From positions 4,898,001-4,962,000 of the forward strand of contig OY986948.1 in assembly GCA_963920595.1 (NCBI GenBank): 64,000 nucleotides of DNA. Reading direction: 5' to 3'. The position numbers and the translations under genes are program-made. Shown piece by piece: positions 50,001-62,000 of this stretch (within the stretch, counting starts at the first letter, position 1; every line of letters begins with the position of its first letter). Under the pieces are notes generated by a model. That model did not search any database and was not told where the DNA came from. It was given only the letters and a program-made list of their open reading frames with translations. Origin of the DNA: Eimeria praecox (taxonomy: Eukaryota).

Positions 50001-53000
50001 ACGCTGCTGTGTGTCTAGTGGGTGTCTGGGAGGTGTTGAGGAGGGGAGAAGGGGTTGTGCAGTGTTTGGAGTTTGGGTATTGTTGGGGATGGGGCAAGGC
50101 AGATGGAAGTCAGCGTTTTGGTTTGAGGCCTCAGTCGTTCTGCGCCTGCGTGTGTGGGGGTTGTTCTAATTCAGGAGCAGGCGCATCTTTGTCAACACCT
50201 GTGTGCACGTGTTGCTGTGAGGGCGTGGATATTGGGAGTGTGGTAGTTAGGAGAGTTATGTGTATTTGAGTGGACGCTGCTGTGTGTCTAGTGGGTGTCT
50301 GGGAGGTGTTGAGGAGGGAAGGAGTTTTGCAGCGTTTGGAGTTTGGGTATTGTTGGGGATGGGGCAAGGCAGAAGGAAGTCGGCGTTTTGGTTTGAAACG
50401 TCAACCTTGTTGCGCCTGCGTGCGTGCGGGTTGTTCTAATTCAGGAGCAGGTGCAGGTTTGTCAACACGTGTGTACACGTGTTGCTGTGAGGGCGTGGAT
50501 ATTGGGAGTGTGGTAGTTAGTAGAATGATGTGTATTTGAGTGGAGGCTGCTGTGTGTCTAGTGGGTGTCTGGGAGTTGTTGTGGAGGGGAGAAGGGGTTG
50601 TGCAGCGTTTGGAGTTTGGGTATTGTAGGGGATGGGGCAAGGCAGAGGGAAGTCAGCGTTTTGGTTTGAGGCGTCAATTTCGTCGCGCCTGCGTGCGTGC
50701 GGGTTGTTCTAATTCAGGAGCCGGTGCGTGTTTGTCAACACGTGTGTACACGTGTTCCTGTGAGGGCGTGGATATTGGGAGTGTGGTAGTTAGTAGAATG
50801 ATGTGTATTTGCGTGGACGCTGCTGTGTGTCTAGTGGGTGTCTGGGAGGTGTTGAGGAGGGGAGAAGGGGTTGTGCAGTGTTTGGAGTTTGGGTATTGTT
50901 GGGGATGGTGGAAGGCAGATGGAAGTCAGCGTTTTGGTTTGAGGCGTCAATTTTGTCGCGCCTGCGTGCGTGCGGGTTGTTCTAATTCAGGAGCCGGTGC
51001 GTGTTTGTCAACACGTGTGTACACGTGTTGCTGTGAGGGCGTGGATATTGGGAGTGTGGTAGTTAGTAGAATGATGTGTATTTGAGTGGACGCTGCTGTG
51101 TGTCTAGTGGGTGTCTGGGAGGTGTTGTGGAGGGGAGAAGGGGCTGTCTAGGGTTTGGAGTTTGGGTATTGTTGGGGATGGGGCAAGGCAGAGGGAAGTC
51201 AGCATTTTGGTTTGAGGCCTCAGTCGTTCTGCGCCTGCGTGTGTGGAGGTTGTTCTAATTCAGGAGCCGGTGCGTGTTTGTCAACATGTGTGTACACGTG
51301 TTCCTGTGAGGGAGTGGATATTGGGAGTGTGGTAGTTAGTAGAATGATGTGTATTTGAGTGGACGCTGCTGTGTGTCTAGTGGGTGTCTGGGAGGTGTTG
51401 TGGAGGGGAGAAGGGGCTGTCTAGGGTTTGGAGTTTGGGTATTGTTGGGGATGGGGCAAGGCAGAGGGAAGTCAGCGTTTTGGTTTGAGGCGTCAATCTC
51501 CTTGGCCCTGCGTGTGTGCGGGTTGTTCTAATTCAGGCGCCGGTGCCTGTTTGTCAACACCTGTGTACACGTTTCCCTGTGAGGGCGTGGATATTGGGAG
51601 TGTGGTAGTTAGGAGAGTTATGTGTATTTGAGTGGACGCTGCTGTGTGTCTAGTGGGTGTCTGGGAGGTGTTGTGGAGGGGAGAAGGGGCTGTCTAGGGT
51701 TTGGAGTTTGGGTATTGTAGGGGATAGGGCAAGGCAGAGGGAAGTCAGCATTTTGGTTTGAGGCCTCAGTCGTTCTGCGCCTGCGTGTGTGGAGGTTGTT
51801 CTAATTCAGGAGCAGGTGCGTGTTTGTCAACACGTGTGTACACGTGTTCCTGTGAGGGCATGGATATTGGGAGTGTGGTAGTTAGTAGAATGATGTGTAT
51901 TTGAGTGGACGCTGCTGTGTGTCTAGTGGGTGTCTGGGAGGTGTTGTGGAGGGGAGAAGGGGTTGTCTAGGGTTTGGAGTTTGGGTATTGTAGGGGATGG
52001 GGCAAGGCAGAGGGAAGTCAGCGTTTTGGTTTGAGGCCTCAGTCGTTCTGCGCCTGCGTGTGTGGGGGTTGTTCTAATTCAGGAGCAGGCGCATCTTTGT
52101 CAACACCTGTGTACACGTGTTGCTGTGAGGGCGTGGATATTGGGAGTGTGGTAGTTAGGAGAGTTATGTGTATTTGAGTGGACGCTGCTGTGTGTCTAGT
52201 GGGTGTCTGGGAGGTGTTGAGGAGGGGAGAAGGGGTTGTGCAGTGTTTGGAGTTTGGGTATTGTTGGGGATGGTGCAAGGCAGAGGGAAGTCAGCGTTTT
52301 GGTTTGAGGCGTCAATATCGTTGCGTCTGTGTGTGTGCGGGTTGTTCTAATTCAGGAGCAGGTGCATCTTCGTCAACACGTGTGTACACGTGTTCCTGTG
52401 AGGGCGTGTATATTGGGAGTGTGGTAGTTAGGAGAGTTATGTGTATGTGCGTGGACGCTGCTGTGTGTCTAGTGGGTGTCTGGGAGGTGTTGAGGAGGGG
52501 AGAAGGGGTTGTGCAGTGTTTGGAGTTTGGGTATTGTTGGGGATGGGGCAAGGCAGATGGAAGTCAGCGTTTTGGTTTGAGGCCTCAGTCGTTCTGCGCC
52601 TGCGTGTGTGGGGGTTGTTCTAATTCAGGAGCAGGCGCATCTTTGTCAACACCTGTGTACACGTGTTGCTGTGAGGGCGTGGATATTGGGAGTGTGGTAG
52701 TTAGGAGAGTTATGTGTATTTGAGTGGACGCTGCTGTGTGTCTAGTGGGTGTCTGGGAGGTGTTGAGGAGGGGAGAAGGGGTTGTGCAGTGTTTGGAGTT
52801 TGGGTATTGTTGGGGATGGTGCAAGGCAGAGGGAAGTCAGCGTTTTGGTTTGAGGCGTCAATATCGTTGCGTCTGTGTGTGTGCGGGTTGTTCTAATTCA
52901 GGAGCAGGTGCATCTTCGTCAACACGTGTGTACACGTGTTGCTGTGAGGGCGTGGATATTGGGAGTGTGGTAGTTAGGAGAGTTATGTGTATGTGCGTGG

Positions 53001-56000
53001 ACGCTGCTGTGTGTCTAGTGGGTGTCTGGGAGGTGTTGAGGAGGGAAGGAGTTTTGCAGCGTTTGGAGTTTGGGTATTGTTGGGGATGGGGCAAGGCAGA
53101 AGGAAGTCGGCGTTTTGGTTTGAAACGTCAACCTTGTTGCGCCTGCGTGCGTGCGGGTTGTTCTAATTCAGGAGCAGGTGCAGGTTTGTCAACACGTGTG
53201 TACACGTGTTGCTGTGAGGGCGTGGATATTGGGAGTGTGGTAGTTAGTAGAATGATGTGTATTTGAGTGGAGGCTGCTGTGTGTCTAGTGGGTGTCTGGG
53301 AGTTGTTGTGGAGGGGAGAAGGGGTTGTGCAGCGTTTGGAGTTTGGGTATTGTAGGGGATGGGGCAAGGCAGAGGGAAGTCAGCGTTTTGGTTTGAGGCG
53401 TCAATTTCGTCGCGCCTGCGTGCGTGCGGGTTGTTCTAATTCAGGAGCCGGTGCGTGTTTGTCAACACGTGTGTACACGTGTTCCTGTGAGGGCGTGGAT
53501 ATTGGGAGTGTGGTAGTTAGTAGAATGATGTGTATTTGCGTGGACGCTGCTGTGTGTCTAGTGGGTGTCTGGGAGGTGTTGAGGAGGGGAGAAGGGGTTG
53601 TGCAGTGTTTGGAGTTTGGGTATTGTTGGGGATGGTGGAAGGCAGATGGAAGTCAGCGTTTTGGTTTGAGGCGTCAATTTTGTCGCGCCTGCGTGCGTGC
53701 GGGTTGTTCTAATTCAGGAGCCGGTGCGTGTTTGTCAACACGTGTGTACACGTGTTGCTGTGAGGGCGTGGATATTGGGAGTGTGGTAGTTAGTAGAATG
53801 ATGTGTATTTGAGTGGACGCTGCTGTGTGTCTAGTGGGTGTCTGGGAGGTGTTGTGGAGGGGAGAAGGGGCTGTCTAGGGTTTGGAGTTTGGGTATTGTT
53901 GGGGATGGGGCAAGGCAGAGGGAAGTCAGCATTTTGGTTTGAGGCCTCAGTCGTTCTGCGCCTGCGTGTGTGGAGGTTGTTCTAATTCAGGAGCCGGTGC
54001 GTGTTTGTCAACATGTGTGTACACGTGTTCCTGTGAGGGAGTGGATATTGGGAGTGTGGTAGTTAGTAGAATGATGTGTATTTGAGTGGACGCTGCTGTG
54101 TGTCTAGTGGGTGTCTGGGAGGTGTTGTGGAGGGGAGAAGGGGCTGTCTAGGGTTTGGAGTTTGGGTATTGTTGGGGATGGGGCAAGGCAGAGGGAAGTC
54201 AGCGTTTTGGTTTGAGGCGTCAATCTCCTTGGCCCTGCGTGTGTGCGGGTTGTTCTAATTCAGGCGCCGGTGCCTGTTTGTCAACACCTGTGTACACGTT
54301 TCCCTGTGAGGGCGTGGATATTGGGAGTGTGGTAGTTAGGAGAGTTATGTGTATTTGAGTGGACGCTGCTGTGTGTCTAGTGGGTGTCTGGGAGGTGTTG
54401 TGGAGGGGAGAAGGGGCTGTCTAGGGTTTGGAGTTTGGGTATTGTAGGGGATAGGGCAAGGCAGAGGGAAGTCAGCATTTTGGTTTGAGGCCTCAGTCGT
54501 TCTGCGCCTGCGTGTGTGGAGGTTGTTCTAATTCAGGAGCAGGTGCGTGTTTGTCAACACGTGTGTACACGTGTTCCTGTGAGGGCATGGATATTGGGAG
54601 TGTGGTAGTTAGTAGAATGATGTGTATTTGAGTGGACGCTGCTGTGTGTCTAGTGGGTGTCTGGGAGGTGTTGTGGAGGGGAGAAGGGGTTGTCTAGGGT
54701 TTGGAGTTTGGGTATTGTAGGGGATGGGGCAAGGCAGAGGGAAGTCAGCGTTTTGGTTTGAGGCCTCAGTCGTTCTGCGCCTGCGTGTGTGGGGGTTGTT
54801 CTAATTCAGGAGCAGGCGCATCTTTGTCAACACCTGTGTACACGTGTTGCTGTGAGGGCGTGGATATTGGGAGTGTGGTAGTTAGGAGAGTTATGTGTAT
54901 TTGAGTGGACGCTGCTGTGTGTCTAGTGGGTGTCTGGGAGGTGTTGAGGAGGGGAGAAGGGGTTGTGCAGTGTTTGGAGTTTGGGTATTGTTGGGGATGG
55001 TGCAAGGCAGAGGGAAGTCAGCGTTTTGGTTTGAGGCGTCAATATCGTTGCGTCTGTGTGTGTGCGGGTTGTTCTAATTCAGGAGCAGGTGCATCTTCGT
55101 CAACACGTGTGTACACGTGTTCCTGTGAGGGCGTGTATATTGGGAGTGTGGTAGTTAGGAGAGTTATGTGTATGTGCGTGGACGCTGCTGTGTGTCTAGT
55201 GGGTGTCTGGGAGGTGTTGAGGAGGGGAGAAGGGGTTGTGCAGTGTTTGGAGTTTGGGTATTGTTGGGGATGGGGCAAGGCAGATGGAAGTCAGCGTTTT
55301 GGTTTGAGGCCTCAGTCGTTCTGCGCCTGCGTGTGTGGGGGTTGTTCTAATTCAGGAGCAGGCGCATCTTTGTCAACACCTGTGTACACGTGTTGCTGTG
55401 AGGGCGTGGATATTGGGAGTGTGGTAGTTAGGAGAGTTATGTGTATTTGAGTGGACGCTGCTGTGTGTCTAGTGGGTGTCTGGGAGGTGTTGAGGAGGGG
55501 AGAAGGGGTTGTGCAGTGTTTGGAGTTTGGGTATTGTTGGGGATGGTGCAAGGCAGAGGGAAGTCAGCGTTTTGGTTTGAGGCGTCAATATCGTTGCGTC
55601 TGTGTGTGTGCGGGTTGTTCTAATTCAGGAGCAGGTGCATCTTCGTCAACACGTGTGTACACGTGTTGCTGTGAGGGCGTGGATATTGGGAGTGTGGTAG
55701 TTAGGAGAGTTATGTGTATGTGCGTGGACGCTGCTGTGTGTCTAGTGGGTGTCTGGGAGGTGTTGAGGAGGGAAGGAGTTTTGCAGCGTTTGGAGTTTGG
55801 GTATTGTTGGGGATGGGGCAAGGCAGAAGGAAGTCGGCGTTTTGGTTTGAAACGTCAACCTTGTTGCGCCTGCGTGCGTGCGGGTTGTTCTAATTCAGGA
55901 GCAGGTGCAGGTTTGTCAACACGTGTGTACACGTGTTGCTGTGAGGGCGTGGATATTGGGAGTGTGGTAGTTAGTAGAATGATGTGTATTTGAGTGGAGG

Positions 56001-59000
56001 CTGCTGTGTGTCTAGTGGGTGTCTGGGAGTTGTTGTGGAGGGGAGAAGGGGTTGTGCAGCGTTTGGAGTTTGGGTATTGTAGGGGATGGGGCAAGGCAGA
56101 GGGAAGTCAGCGTTTTGGTTTCAGGCGTCAATTTCGTCGCGCCTGCGTGCGTGCGGGTTGTTCTAATTCAGGAGCCGGTGCGTGTTTGTCAACACGTGTG
56201 TACACGTGTTGCTGTGAGGGCGTGGATATTGGGAGTGTGGTAGTTAGTAGAATGATGTGTATTTGAGTGGACGCTGCTGTGTGTCTAGTGGGTGTCTGGG
56301 AGGTGTTGTGGAGGGGAGAAGGGGTTGTGCAGTGTTTGGAGTTTGGGTATTGTAGGGGATGGGGCAAGGCAGAGGGAAGTCGGCGTTTTGGTTTGAGGCG
56401 TCAATCGTTCTGCGCCTGCGTGTGTGCGGGTTGTTCTAATTCAGCAGCAGGTGCGTGTTAGTCAACACGTGTGTACACGTGTTCCTGCGAGGGCGTGGAT
56501 GTTGGGAGTGTGGTAGTTAGTAGAATGATGTGTATTTGAGTGGACGCTGCTGTGTGTCTAGTGGGTGTCTGGGAGGTGTTGTGGAGGGGAGAAGGGGCTG
56601 TCTAGGGTTTGGAGTTTGGGTATTGTTGGGGATGGGGCAAGGCAGAGGGAAGTCAGCATTTTGGTTTGAGGCGTCAACCTCGTTGCGCCTACGTGTGTGG
56701 AGGTTGTTCTAATTCAGGAGCAGGTGCGTGTTTGTCAACACGTGTGTACACGTGTTCGTGTTGGGGCACGGATATTGGGAGTGTGGTAGTTAATAGAATG
56801 ATGTGTATTTGAGTGGACGCTGCTGTGTGTCTAGTGGGTGTCTGGGAGGTGTTGTGGAGGGGAGAAGGGGCTGTCTAGGGTTTGGAGTTTGGGTATTGTT
56901 GGGGATGGGGCAAGGCTGAGGGAAGTCGGCGTTTTGGTTTGAGGCGTCAATCTCGTTGCGCCTGCGTGTGTGGAGGTTGTTCTAATTCAGGAGCCGGTGC
57001 GTGTTTGTCAAGACGTGTGTACACGTGTTCGTGTGGGGGCATGGAAATTGGGAGTGTGGTAGTTAGTAGAATGATGTGTATTTGAGTGGAGGCTGCTGTG
57101 TGTCTAGTGGGTGTCTGGGAGGTGTTGTGGAGGGGAGAAGGGGTTGTCTAGCGTTTGGAGTTTGGGTATTGTTGGGGATGGGGCAAGGCAGAAGGAAGTC
57201 GGCGTTTTGGTTTGAGGCGTCAATCGCTCTGCGCCTGCGTGTGTGCGGGTTGTTCTAATTCAGGAGCAGGTGCGTGTTTGTCAACACGTGTGTACACGTG
57301 TTCCTGCGAGGGCGTGGATATTGGGAGTGTGGTAGTTAGTAGAGTGATGTGTATTTGAGTGGACGCTGCTGTGTGTCTAGTGGGTGTCTGGGAGGTGTTG
57401 TGGAGGGGAGAAGGGGTTGTGCAGTGTTTGGAGTTTGGGTATTGTAGGGGATCGGGCAAGGCAGGAGGAAGTCAGCATTTTGGTTTGAGGCGTCAACCTC
57501 GTTGCGCCTGCCTGCGTGCGGGTTGTTCTAATTCAGGAGCCGGTGCGTGTTTGTCAACGCGTGTGTACACGTGATGCTGTGAGGGCGTGGATATTGGGAG
57601 TGTGGTAGTTAGTAGAATGATGTGTATTTGAGTGGAGGCTGCTGTGTGTCTAGTGGGTGTCTGGGAGGTGTTGTGGAGGGGAGAAGTGTTTGTCTAGTGT
57701 GTGGAGTTTGGGTATTGTTGGGGATGGGGCAAGGCAGAGGGAAGTCGGCGTTTTGGTTTGAGGCGTCAACCATGTTGCGCCTGCGTGCGTGCGGGTTGTT
57801 CTAATTCAGGAGCAGGTGCGTGTTTGTCAACACGTGTGTACACGTGTTGCTGTGAGGGCGTGGATATTGGGAGTGTGGTAGTTAGTAGAATGATGTGTAT
57901 TTGAGTGGAGGCTGCTGTGTGTCTAGTGGGTGTCTGGGAGGCGTTGTGGAGGGGAGAACGGGTTGTCTAGTGTGTGCAGTTTGGGTATTGTTGGGGATGG
58001 GGCAAGGCAGAGGGAAGTCGGCGTTTTGGTTTGAGGCGTCAACCATGTTGCGCCTGCGTGTGTGCGGGTTGTTCTAATTCAGCAGCAGGTGCGTGTTTGT
58101 CATGACGTGTGTACACGTGTCTCTGTGAAGGGCGTGGATATTGGGAGTGTGGTAGTTAGGAAGGTGATGTGTATTTGAGTGGGAGGTGGTGTGTGTCTAA
58201 TGGGTTTGTGGGAGGTGTTGTGGAGGGGAGAAGGGGTTGCGCAGCGTTTGGAGTTTGGGTATTGTTGGGGATGGGGCAAGGCAGAAGGAAGTCGGCGTTT
58301 TGGTTTGAAACGTCAACCTTGTTGCGCCTGCGTGCGTGCGGGTTGTTCTAATTCAGGAGCAGGTGCGTGTTTGTCAACACGTGTGTACACGTGTTGCTGT
58401 GAGGGCGTGGATATTGGGAGTGTGGTAGTTAGTAGAATGATGTGTATTTGAGTGGACGCTGCTGTGTGTCTAGTGGGTGTCTGGGAGTTGTTGTGGAGGG
58501 GAGAAGGGGTTGTGCAGCGTTTGGAGTTTGGGTATTGTAGGGGATGGGGCAAGGCAGAGGGAAGTCAGCGTTTTGGTTTGAGGCGTCAATTTCGTCGCGC
58601 CTGCGTGCGTGCGGGTTGTTCTAATTCAGGAGCCGGTGCGTGTTTGTCAACACGTGTGTACACGTGTTGCTGTGAGGGCGTGGATATTGGGAGTGTGGTA
58701 GTTAGTAGAATGATGTGTATTTGAGTGGACGCTGCTGTGTGTCTAGTGGGTGCCTGGGAGGTGTTGTGGAGGGGAGAAGGGGCTGTCTAGTGTGTGCAGT
58801 TTGGGTATTGTTGGGGATGGGGCAAGGCAGAGGGAAGTCGGCGTTTTGGTTTGAGGCGTCAACCATGTTGCGCCTGCGTGTGTGGTGGTTGTTCTAATTC
58901 AGCAGCAGGTGCGTGTTTGTCATGACGTGTGTACACGTGTCTCTGTGAGGGCGTGGATATTGGGAGTGTGGTAGTTAGTAGAATGATGTGTATTTGCGTG

Positions 59001-62000
59001 GACGCTGCTGTGTGTCTAGTGGGTGTCTGGGAGGTGTTGTGGAGGGGAGAAGGGGCTGTCTAGGGTTTGGAGTTTGGGTATTGTTGGGGATGGGGCAAGG
59101 CAGATGGAAGTCAGCATTTTGGTTTGAGGCGTCAACCTCGTCGCGCCTACGTGTGTGGAGGTTGTTCTAATTCAGGAGCAGGTGCGTGTTTGTCAACACG
59201 TGTGTACACGTGTTCGTGTTGGGGCACGGATATTGGGAGTGTGGTAGTTAATAGAATGATGTGTATTTGAGTGGAGGCTGCTGTGTGTCTAGTGGGTGTC
59301 TGGGAGGTGTTGTGGAGGGGAGAAGGGGCTGTCTAGGGTTTGGAGTTTGGGTATTGTTGGGGATGGGGCAAGGCTGAGGGAAGTCGGCGTTTTGGTTTGA
59401 GGCGTCAATCTCGTTGCGCCTGCGTGTGTGCGGGTTGTTCTAATTCAGGAGCAGGTGCGTGTTTGTCAACACGTGTGTACACGTGTTCCTGCGAGGGCGT
59501 GGATATTGGGAGTGTGGTAGTTAGTAGAGTGATGTGTATTTGAGTGGAGGCTGCTGTGTGTCTAGTGGGTGTGTGGGAGGTGTTGTGGAGGGGAGAAGGG
59601 GTTGTGCAGTGTTTGGAGTTTGGGTATTGTAGGGGATCGGGCAAGGCAGGAGGAAGTCAGCATTTTGGTTTGAGGCGTCAACCTCGTTGCGCCTGCCTGC
59701 GTGCGGGTTGTTCTAATTCAGGAGCCGGTGCGTGTTTGTCAACGCGTGTGTACACGTGATGCTGTGAGGGCGTGGATATTGGGAGTGTGGTAGTTAGTAG
59801 AATGATGTGTATTTGAGTGGACGCTGCTGCGTGTCTAGTGGGTGTCTGGGAGGTGTTGTGGAGGGGAGAAGTGTTTGTCTAGTGTGTGGAGTTTGGGTAT
59901 TGTTGGGGATGGGGCAAGGCTGAGGGAAGTCAGCGTTTTGGTTTGAGGCGTCACTTTCGTCGCGCCTGCGTGCGTGCGGGTTGTTCTAATTCAGGAGCAG
60001 GTGCGTGTTTGTCAACGCGTCTGTACACGTGTTCCTGTGAGGGCGTGGATATTGGGAGTGTGGTAGTTAGTAGAATGATGTGTATTTGAGTGGAGGCTGC
60101 TGTGTGTCTAGTGGGTGTCTGGGAGGCGTTGTGGAGGGGAGAAGGGGTTGTCTAGTGTGTGCAGTTTGGGTATTGTTGGGGATGGGGCAAGGCAGAGGGA
60201 AGTCGGCGTTTTGGTTTGAGGCGTCAACCATGTTGCGCCTGCGTGTGTGCGGGTTGTTCTAATTCAGCAGCAGGTGCGTGTTTGTCATGACGTGTGTACA
60301 CGTGTCTCTGTGAAGGGCGTGGATATTGGGAGTGTGGTAGTTAGTAGAGTGATGTGTATTTGAGTGGACGCTGCTGTGTGTCTAGTGGGTGTCTGGGAGG
60401 TGTTGTGGAGGGGAGAAGGGGTTGTGCAGTGTTTGGAGTTTGGGTATTGTAGGGGATCGGGCAAGGCAGGAGGAAGTCAGCATTTTGGCTTGAGGCGTCA
60501 ACCTCGTTGCGCCTGCCTGCGTGCGGGTTGTTCTAATTCAGGAGCCGGTGCGTGTTTGTCAACGCGTGTGTACACGTGATGCTGTGAGGGCGTGGATATT
60601 GGGAGTGTGGTAGTTAGTAGAGTGATGTGTATTTGAGTGGACGCTGCTGTGTGTCTAGTGGGTGTCTGGGAGGTGTTGAGGAGGGGAGAAGGGGTTGTCT
60701 AGTGTTTGGAGTTTGGGTATTGTTGGGGACAGGGCAAGGCAGAGGGAAGTCAGCGTTTTGGTTTGAGGCGCCAATCTCGTTACGCCTGCGTGTGTGGAGG
60801 TTGTTCTAATTCAGGAGCCGGTGCGTGTTAGTCAACACGTGTGTACACGTGTTGCTATGAGGGCGTGGATATTGGGAGTGTGGTAGTTAGTAGAATGATG
60901 TGTATTTGAGTGGACGCTGCTGTGTGTCTAGTGGGTGTCTGGGAGGTGTTGTGGAGGGGAGAAGGGGTTGTCTAGTGTTTGGAGTTTGGGTATTGTTGGG
61001 GATGGTGCAAGGCAGAGGGAAGTCGGCGTTTTGGTTTGAGGCGTCAATCGTTCTGCGCCTGCGTGTGTGCGGGTTGTTCTAATTCAGGAGCCGGTGCGTG
61101 TTTGTCAACACGTGTGTACACGTGTTGCTCTGAGGGCGTGGATATTGGGAGTGTGGTAGTTAGTAGAATGATGTGTATTTGAGTGGACGCTGCTGTGTGT
61201 CTAGTGGGTGTCTGGGAGGTGTTGTGGAGGGGAGAAGGGGTTGTCTAGTGTTTGGAGTTTGGGTATTGTTGGGGATGGGGCAAGGCAGAGGGAAGTCGGC
61301 GTTTTGGTTTGAGGCGTCAATCGTTCTGCGCCTGCGTGTGTGCGGGTTGTTCTAATTCAGGAGCCGGTGCGTGTTTGTCAACACGTGTGTACACGTGTTG
61401 CTGTGAGGGCGTGGATATTGGGAGTGTGGTAGTTAGTAGAATGATGTGTATTTGAGTGGACGCTGCTGTGTGTCTAGTGGGTGTCTGGGAGGTGTTGTGG
61501 AGGGGAGAAGGGGTTGTGCAGCGTTTGGAGTTTGGGTATTGTTGGGGATGGGGCAAGGCAGAAGGAAGTCAGCGTTTTGGTTTGAGGCGTCAATTTCGTC
61601 GCGCCTGCGTGCGTGCGGGTTGTTCTAATTCGGCAGCAGGTGCGTGTTTGTCAACACGTGTGTACACGTGTTCCTGCGAGGGCGTGGATATTGGGAGTGT
61701 GGTAGTTAGTAGAATGATGTGTATTTGAGTGGAGGCTGCTGTGTGTCTAGTGGGTGTCTGGGAGGTGTTGTGGAGGGGAGAAGGGGTTGTGCAGCGTTTT
61801 GAGTTTGGGTATTGTTGGGGACGGGGCAAGGCTGAGGGAAGTCGGCGTTTTGGTTTGAGGCGTCAATCGCTCTGCGCCTGCGTGTGTGCGGGTTGTTCTA
61901 ATTCAGGAGCCGGTGCGTGGTTGTCAAGACGTGTGTACACTTGTCTCTGTGAGAGCGTGGGTATTGGGAGTGTGGTAGTTAATAGAATGATGTGTATTTG

